Below, piece after piece: positions 57,058 through 64,000 of a stretch of DNA of 64,000 nucleotides. Positions within the stretch are counted from its first letter, which is position 1; the number at the start of each line of letters is the position of its first letter. This stretch comes from Histomonas meleagridis 2922-C6/04-290x (Eukaryota; Protista; Parabasalia): NCBI GenBank assembly GCA_020184695.1, contig JAANOX010000061.1:599148-663147 (forward strand), written 5' to 3'. Below the pieces are notes generated by a model, which had not been told where the DNA came from, searched no databases, and saw nothing but the letters and a program-made list of their open reading frames with translations. The position numbers were made by a program, and so were the translations under genes.

Positions 57058-58551
57058 TTATTTCTTTGCCTTTTTCGGCAGTTCTGTCTTCAGATGTTCC
57101 ATCGTGTCCTGCTCCACGCATACGTCCAGTGGCTTACACAAGTCAACGTAATTCTTTATTGCGTCCCCAACAAGCAAGTCAACGCCTTCACGAAGCGCGT
57201 ATTTGACTTTTGGAAATTGCTTAATGATTATTACTTCCGACTCTTCGGACCCTTTCGCTTTCCACGTCTCTACGAATGCTCCGAGTACGAATCGCCACGT
57301 CAGCGGTGGGCAGAGCTCGAAGAACGTTAGCGAGAAGAGATCAAAGTTGTGTTTGTCTTGTTGAAGCATACAATCGCGCATGTCAATGAGCGCTTTCATG
57401 TTTGGGGTGTTAGGCTTTACCTTATCGATCATGTTCAGTTGATTATGTCTGCAATAATAATCGAAAAGAGCTGATGCTGATGCAGAATAAATGATTTCAT
57501 CAACATTGGATGAAACTGGAAAGTCATTGTTTATAACATTTGTGACTTTCCATAGAGTATTTGTGGGTGGTTCCCAAATGTGAACATGTGCAATCGTTTG
57601 AATCGCTTGAAATCCGAGCTTACGATCTTCTGGTGGGGGAGTAATGACGAAAGGAACGCATGCGCGAGAAGATGCTATGACTGGAAGAGTTGGGCGCTGG
57701 TGCACACACGAAGCCTTGTAAAAACCGCTCTTAACGTTCACTTTGCATTGAAACCCAAACGGTCGCCAGCAATCGGATGATGCGATGTCTGACACTCTGC
57801 TGAGGGAGCTGTGGGAATCAAAGGATGAGAAGAACCGACAAACTCCGGGAACACTGGTAGTAAAGCGCTGAAGAGATGAGGTATGAATTGGTGAATCAAT
57901 GAAAAAATCAATTCGAATTGGAATATGTGTGAAAACCGAGAGCTTTTGTATGGCTTTATCATCAAGATTACCTCCACTACAGAAAACACGACACCAAAAA
58001 CAACTGCGTTTTGAATTAAGAAGAGTTGTTAAAATTGGAATTGTATTTGAAACAGGAATTTTGACAGATGTGCTTGGAAGTTTGGAGAGCTGTTCATAGT
58101 TTTCGGCTGTGGTAACAAGTTTTCGTGCAGTTTCAGGTGTATTTACAACAAAAACTTGGACTGGCGAATCTGAAGGTAATGATTGCATAATTGCACGTGC
58201 TGGGGAAATATCTCCCGAACCAATAATTATAACATGATTTAAATTAAATGAAACAGATCTATCCATAATCTGATATGATGGAAGAGATGTGACAAAAGAA
58301 GGAAGATTTGGAAACTTATCATCTGGTAAGTCAACATGCGTGCCACATACGGAACAGGTCCAACTGTGTTCATTAAGGCTACAAAAGCCATTGAGATAAG
58401 AGGAACAATTTGTGCATCTTGGAACTTTATACTGACTTTGTTCAACAACCATGAGCCCATCCATAATCGGCTCTGTGTATATTACAAAAGGGAGTTTTGC
58501 ATGATCTAATATTTTTTTGGTTGATGGGAAAACAGATAAAGTAGAATGCAT
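57058..58551 (-). CDS. divergent Sec23/Sec24-like protein (zinc finger plus shortened trunk)
   Basis: LPFVIYTEP, PRCTNCSSYLNGFC...WTCSVCG zinc finger; shorter than canonical Sec23/24. Confidence 0.7.
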   Translation of the reverse strand: MHSTLSVFPSTKKILDHAKLPFVIYTEPIMDGLMVVEQSQYKVPRCTNCSSYLNGFCSLNEHSWTCSVCGTHVDLPDDKFPNLPSFVTSLPSYQIMDRSVSFNLNHVIIIGSGDISPARAIMQSLPSDSPVQVFVVNTPETARKLVTTAENYEQLSKLPSTSVKIPVSNTIPILTTLLNSKRSCFWCRVFCSGGNLDDKAIQKLSVFTHIPIRIDFFIDSPIHTSSLQRFTTSVPGVCRFFSSFDSHSSLSRVSDIASSDCWRPFGFQCKVNVKSGFYKASCVHQRPTLPVIASSRACVPFVITPPPEDRKLGFQAIQTIAHVHIWEPPTNTLWKVTNVINNDFPVSSNVDEIIYSASASALFDYYCRHNQLNMIDKVKPNTPNMKALIDMRDCMLQQDKHNFDLFSLTFFELCPPLTWRFVLGAFVETWKAKGSEESEVIIIKQFPKVKYALREGVDLLVGDAIKNYVDLCKPLDVCVEQDTMEHLKTELPKKAKK

Positions 58552-58878
58552 GGAAAAAATATGCCAAAATAAAATTACTCAATTTTTTTTGCCATTCCGA
58601 AACAAGTAATTTTTTTTTTTTTATGTGTTCTTCAAATATTTGGAATATTTCTTTGATCTCAATGCAATTTCGGCAACTTTCTCCAAAATGTGAGACTAAA
58701 TAAATAGTTATAGATAATTTCGCAAAATAATTCAATACTTGTTTCTTTTGATAAGTTTTTAAATAAGACATTGAATGTTTAGTATTTGTTGTTAGAAGGA
58801 GTAATATATTATTTTGAATACAAAATTTTCTATTTGGCTTTATCTTCCTTTAAAATGACAATCTTTGTTCGGTAATAA

Positions 58879-59634
58879 ATGAGACCAACAAACGCAGTGC
58901 TAACTACAATTATTTTCTCAATTCTTGAAATTCTTTCATTTAACCTTCACTTGGTTATAAATACCAAGTTGAGTGTGATGAAATTTAGAGCATTGGTAAG
59001 TGTTATAGATGCATTTATTTCATTGGCTTTAATTTTTTTATTTGGTGGTGGCTACTTATTCCATTTCTTTCATGAATTTCAGAAAAGTTTTAATTGCGTT
59101 TTAGCTACTATTTTATGTTTTCTTGGCCCATTAGTTCAAAGATACTTTGAATCAAATTCATTAAGCAATCTAATCAACAATTATATTACTGAATTTAAAT
59201 CCTTTTACCAGCTTAGAGCTGTTATTATTGCACCTTTCTCAGAAGAAATGATTTATCGCTCTTTCACATGTTCGCTTTGGGAAAGCTCAAGCATATCTCG
59301 CGCCAAAATAATAATTCTATCCCCAGTCACGTTTGGCATATGCCATTTTTCGAATTTTTTCTTTTTACCGTCAAAATCTATTGCAAAAAGATTATTAACA
59401 TGTGCATTCCAATGTTGTTACACTTGTGTCTTCGGCTGGTGGGAAGCGTTTGTATGGATAAATACCCATTGTTTCATGGCAGTTTTTCTCATCCACGCGT
59501 TTTGTAATTCGATGGAATTTCCAAACTTTAATGGTGCACTGACATGGCCAAACAAAAAGCAAAGGGCTATAATACAGTTCTCATACGTTTTAGGTCTATT
59601 TCTCTTTATTACGTTTGTTGTAAAAATCATATAA
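58879..59634 (+). CDS. RCE1: CAAX prenyl protease 2 (Rce1/Abi family)
   Basis: APFSEEMIYRS, FGICHF, HAFCNSMEFP motifs; multiple TM segments. Confidence 0.9.
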   Translation: MRPTNAVLTTIIFSILEILSFNLHLVINTKLSVMKFRALVSVIDAFISLALIFLFGGGYLFHFFHEFQKSFNCVLATILCFLGPLVQRYFESNSLSNLINNYITEFKSFYQLRAVIIAPFSEEMIYRSFTCSLWESSSISRAKIIILSPVTFGICHFSNFFFLPSKSIAKRLLTCAFQCCYTCVFGWWEAFVWINTHCFMAVFLIHAFCNSMEFPNFNGALTWPNKKQRAIIQFSYVLGLFLFITFVVKII

Positions 59635-60114
59635 TATCTTTATGTTCTTTTTTTAATGCAATTTTAACAAAATAGGGTGTGCACTATACAAAATAAATTT
59701 GTTATCAATTAAAAATAAGGTGAAAATTTTTACTTTCTATGCATTTTAATCCAGAAATTGCTTTCAATGAATGTCACTTTTGATTTACGTCACATATATC
59801 CAAAATTCCGAATGTGAAATAAAAAATATGAAAAAAAAAAATGGACATAAAATAATTATTGATCAAACTCATCTAATGGACTTAAACGGAGATATTCAAA
59901 CAGAACGTGTTCCTAGATCTGGAAAATAAAATATAAAATATTTTTTTATTAATTTAATTTCTTTTTGCTTTATAAGAACTTTGTAAATTATTTGAGTGAC
60001 TACGTGTATGGGAAATATAAATATGAATATTATTTGAATGATTTGTTATTTCATTATTTTATACATCCGAGAATTTAGTCAAAATCATTCAAAAAGTTTA
60101 AATTTCTTCACTGA

Positions 60115-61017
60115 TTAAACAAAGGATCGAGCTGGATTATAATGGACAGATTGAATACTTATCGTGTTTTTATAACAACGGTTATCTTCTTTGTGTTGAA
60201 AATGATCGATTTTAAAGCGGTTAATTGAATATGCATAATTAACCAAATTTTTTTGAAAACACCACTCATGAATGTATAATTGATATGAATCTCGATTCGT
60301 GATATTTTTTGATCGAAGCCATTGTTTAAGATGGTGCCAAACGCACTCAATCATTTGTGTATGAACATGAGTATCTGGATTAACAAAATTGTATTTATGA
60401 TTTACTGTATAATAAAAAAATCCTTGCTCACTGAGGTTTCTATAAGCTGCCCATTGATCTGTGTGTATATGTGTATTAATTTTTACATATTTTTCAATAA
60501 TCGGAAATAATGTATTTGCATTTCTTTTCTCAACTAAATCAATATATACTCGACCTGTTACAGAATCTATTCCTCCAAAGAACCACATCTGTGATAAACT
60601 TAAATTTCTTCCCACATTATATTTGGCCTTGGAGATCAATGTTTCATCTATCTGAACATTGCCCCAAAGGCCACCTAGTGGGTTATGAGTTAAATCATTA
60701 TAATATGCAATTTCAGATAAATCTCGAAATTTTTTAAAATTATCATAAATAGTATCAATTTCAGGCAAAGATGGTCTATCCATCTTTGCCATTGATGGCG
60801 TCATATCGAGCGCACAAGAAGCATATAATAAAATAGCTGTTCTTAAATCAAATTTGGAATTTTCAAAAATTGTTTTTGTTCTTATCGATGATTTGTGCCT
60901 ATGAATACCTTTACACATGAATATGGCACCATTGGAATAAGAGTTACTGAAACAACAATTGCAATTTGAATTAAAATATTTTCTGAAAAAGTTAACACAC
61001 TTTGAATAATCATTCAA
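60115..61017 (-). mobile_element. ISXO2/IS1595-like (Merlin) DDE transposase
   Basis: VQIDET, WFFGGID, VEKRNANTLFPII, IHTDQWAAYRNL, TVNH...NFV, HTQMIECVW; TIRs not found by eye. Confidence 0.88.
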
Positions 61018-61188
61018 TAATTCCTACTTTTTCAAAGTTATTAGAAAATTTGTGTTAATCTAAAAACGTTGATTTTTTAACTTCCGATATTGAATAATAT
61101 CTCAAAAAGCATTTTTTATGACATATTCAATCTGTGCAAAGTTCGGGAAAAGTTTTATTGATCCTTGTTTCGAGTCGAACATTTTAAA

Positions 61189-61612
61189 ATGAAGCAAAAT
61201 CAAACAGCAACAAACCAGAAATCTCAAAACGAATGGGAAACATTTACAACGCTCAAAAACATAATCTTTGGTTTGAATATCGATAATTTTGCGCAATCAT
61301 CAAATTTTATTATCAGCAAGTTTTGGAAAGAATATCCAATATCTTATGATATCATTATATACCGAATGATATATACTTCTTTTTTGATTGATAATAATGA
61401 TTTTGATATATATTTGAGATTATTACAGGAAATTGAAAAATTTGAAGTAAATAATAAAATCAGCACAAAAATAATAAATTTGTTTTCTCAATTTCTTCTT
61501 AAAGAAAACACACAAGAATCATTTTATTTACTTAGTTACATGATTAAGTATAATTTACTTGAATCAAAATTCATCAAAAATACATTTAATCCATTTTTTG
61601 TTCATATTAATC
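61189..61612 (+). pseudogene. 5' fragment of ankyrin gene 2, truncated at the element junction
   Basis: Near-identical to the reverse complement of about 32243-32655; identity stops at ...CATATTAATC immediately before GGTAGG. Confidence 0.9.
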
Positions 61613-61628
61613 GGTAGGTATATAATGC

Positions 61629-61705
61629 GGTCGGGACTGATCCCGAGGTCCCTAGGGGCCCCGCCGGGGGCGGGGCCCCTAGGGACCTCGTGATCATTCC
61701 CGACC
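61629..61705. repeat. 37-bp inverted repeat (two mismatches) with a 3-nt GGG loop
   Basis: GGTCGGGACTGATCCCGAGGTCCCTAGGGGCCCCGCC-GGG-GGCGGGGCCCCTAGGGACCTCGTGATCATTCCCGACC. Confidence 0.97.
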
Positions 61706-61940
61706 TTTACTTTTCACTGGGGGGATTTCCGGGGTCTTCGACCCCCGGAGGTGCCCTTCGGACCCCTCCGGAGGTCTCTTTTCGCATAAACCTATCAAAA
61801 ACCTCGTATAACCAGCACAAAATGTCCCCGGTTATGTTTGGCCGGACATTTATCCTATTCAATTTATCTTTGGTCAGAGGTTTGTAGTCAAAAAGCGACG
61901 GTTATATTGTTTGATCGCATGGCAAACTTTATTTTTATAA

Positions 61941-62251
61941 ATGCTTAAACCTGTGACTAAAACGTATTTTTGTACTTCACAAAAAGAAAACCGTTTTCCG
62001 CCTGAATTTGTCGATTCTCAAAATCCTAGATATATTGTAGTACAGCAATGTAAGTGTAAATTTAAGGATTATTTAGTATCTGATGTTTCAATGCATGCTG
62101 ATTTTATTGAACGTGACCATTATGAAGATTATTTTTGTAATATGAATATAAAAAGTAGAAAACCAAATTTTTAAAATATGGTTTAAAGAAATGAATGGTA
62201 AAAGAAATTGATCCAGAATATTTTATGTTAGAATTATTATTAATTTATTAA
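61941..62251 (+). pseudogene. small Maverick-associated protein, frameshifted near 62172-62205
   Basis: PPEFVDSQNPRYIVVQQCK...MHADFIERDHYED continues in other frames as FKIWFKEMNG...EIDPEYFMLELLLIY*; family link is from recollection only. Confidence 0.5.
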
Positions 62252-62273
62252 ATAAAAAAATCATTTTTTATCA

Positions 62274-64000
62274 ATGTTTAGTATTGAGAATGCTACGAAA
62301 GGTATAAAAACTAATGTTGTTGCTGCTCCTGAAATTATTGATAAAGATGACTTACAAGAAGTTTTAGAAAATTTATCCTACAAATGATCAAATAACAGAG
62401 AAAAACTTAATACAATAACTTCGATTACATTACCTCAATTATATTATAATAAATCGCAATCAGATGAAAAAAAAAAAAAAAAAAGTCATACTCATAATAC
62501 AATAAATAATGATTTAACAGTAAATGGGAATGTACAAGTTAATTCATTAAATGGTTTTCAATTAACAACTGCAGAAGGTGGTAAATGGGATACAAAATTA
62601 TATGTGCCATCTATTATTACATTAAAAGAAGATGGTGTTGTAGAAGTTGGACAATATATTGATATGCATAATAAGGCAGATTATGATAAAGATAATACAT
62701 GGAGAATAACTGCTAATACTAATTCATTAGATTTTGAAATCAAAAAAACTGGTTCATTATTAAGTTTTTGGAAATAATGGAAATATTCTATGTGCAACTA
62801 TTAATAAGTTAGATACAACTAAGATATCTTTAAATGATCATAATCATGATGAGATTTATGCTAAAAAAGATCATGAACATACAAACTATGCTTCAACAGA
62901 ACATACTCATAGTTATAACGATTTAAATGATAAACCTGAAACATTTCCACCTACAGTTCATACTCATAGTTATAATGATTTAAATGATAAACCTGAAACA
63001 TTCCCACCTTCAGAACATACGCATAGTTATAATGATTTAACTGATAAACCTGAATCATTTCCACCATCAGTACATACACATACGGAGTATGCTCTGAAAG
63101 ATCATAATCATGATACAAAATATGCTGCTACAAATCATACACATAGTTATAATGAATTAACAGATATTCCTACAGTATCAAATCCAGAAAATATCACATG
63201 TTCAACAATTAATGGTTTTGCTTTAGATTCATCTCCTGCAGATTCAAATTTAAATATTAGTGTTCCTTCAATTGCAGTTATTAAAAACGATGGTGTTTTT
63301 AGAAACAGGTCCTTATATAGATATGCATACTAGTGATGGATATGAAAATGATTATAGTTTCAGAATACAATGTACAGGGAATGTTATGGAATTTAAACCA
63401 ACACTAAAAGGTTGCAATGGTTTTTATTACACAGCAGCTTTTGATGCATTAGGTTGTACTAAATTAAATTGCTCTCAAATTATGTACTCTGTAAAAACTA
63501 ATGGTATTGATAATACAGGAAATATAAAATCCGGTACTGGTCAATTCACTAGTTTAGAATCTACTAAATTAACTTTATTTCACAGTATAATTGAAGAATC
63601 AGGTAATACATATCAATTATTATGGAGAATTTATGGATGTACACCTACTGAAGATAAAAAATATGGAAGATTATATTTTGAATCTGTAACACAAAAGAAA
63701 CAAGATAATGATACATTTTCTGATATATATAGTGCAATATATTATATTGCAACTACATTTAATACATTTGAAGGAACTGGAGGTTTAGCACAAATAAATA
63801 CAACTATTACTCATAATGCACCTGTTGAAGAAGACTTAACACAATTTCAAATTGGTTCACCTGTATTTTTAACAGGTAATGTTTATGCTCTAACCAATGA
63901 AGGTAAATATGCTACGAATACTTCATCAACTGATTGTATTCCATCAGTTAAAACATCAGGTACTTATAAAGAATATTTTAGATAGTATGGCAACATAAAC
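62274..64000 (+). pseudogene. virion fibre-like gene with phage-tail-fibre-type repeats and several frameshifts (3'-partial)
   Basis: ATG at 62274 after TCATTTTT; two NGF...VPSI...DGVxExGxYIDMH modules; HTHSYNDLxDKPExFPP repeats. Confidence 0.65.
62902..63081 (+). repeat. 57-nt (19-aa) coding tandem repeat, three full copies plus a partial
   Basis: HTH codons start at 62902, 62959, 63016 and 63073. Confidence 0.95.

Larger units (their letters stand above)
61613..64000 (+). mobile_element. left part of a Maverick/Polinton-like endogenous viral element (3'-partial)
   Basis: Sharp insertion junction, GGTA-GGTA terminal micro-repeat and GC-rich hairpins, followed by compact co-oriented genes that I recall resembling trichomonad Maverick proteins (unverified), including a fibre-like gene. 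No polB, integrase or capsid gene lies within the window. Confidence 0.6.

Noticed and set aside
321-60737. Numerous short antisense or overlapping ORFs (e.g. 321-563, 2865-3194, 24403-24802, 25673-26203, 35356-35826, 42553-42882, 49866-50348, 60322-60737)
   Set aside because: Shadow ORFs of well-supported genes, with no independent motifs.
59640-61190. Terminal inverted repeats for the Merlin element
   Set aside because: Only a 5-nt GGATC/GATCC match was found by eye, which is not significant.
49660-61612. One large composite transposon bounded by the 49.6 and 61.6 kb termini
   Set aside because: The ends face away from this interval, the flanks show no matching TSD, and the interval holds ordinary housekeeping genes.
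1-64000. rRNA or tRNA genes
   Set aside because: None recognised; the GC-rich islands are palindromic element ends, not cloverleaf or rRNA sequence.

Overview
AT-rich, gene-dense, nearly intron-free eukaryotic DNA. It is most consistent with a parabasalid (trichomonad/tritrichomonad/Histomonas-like) protist, based on DUF3447-ankyrin genes, TCA(T/C)TT initiator-like motifs, ultrashort GTAT...TAACnnCAG introns and Maverick-like viral genes; the species cannot be assigned by eye. Housekeeping genes include a CHD remodeller 3' part, two Tctex-1 light chains, ARPC4, an EPC-like gene, an EEF1AKMT4-like methyltransferase, a BEACH protein, a 2H phosphoesterase, p28/DNALI1, a Vti1-like SNARE, Piezo, a CAMK kinase, RPL17, proteasome alpha7, PSP1, a Sec23/24-like gene and Rce1. 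The main unexplained feature is three DUF3447-ankyrin genes (10.4-13.2, 29.2-32.7 and 45.0-49.0 kb). In them essentially every ankyrin repeat is interrupted at the same position by an AT-rich spacer. The spacer is usually frame-breaking (dominant period exactly 170 nt), has no usable GT-AG ends, and carries a TGGAA motif 24 nt before the next repeat. The ankyrin framework is homogenised while binding-surface codons vary, and cassette blocks are shared between arrays. The right end holds a Merlin/ISXO2 transposase and the start of a Maverick/Polinton-like element with a phage-fibre-like gene and a GC-rich terminal hairpin, whose flip/flop isomer occurs as a solo remnant at 49.6 kb. Also notable: a stand-alone, apparently catalytically dead TyrRS paralog, two 23-nt introns and an inverted segmental duplication. 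Several frameshifts coincide with homopolymer-length differences between duplicate copies and may be assembly errors. All family assignments come from motif recognition by eye; no searches were run.
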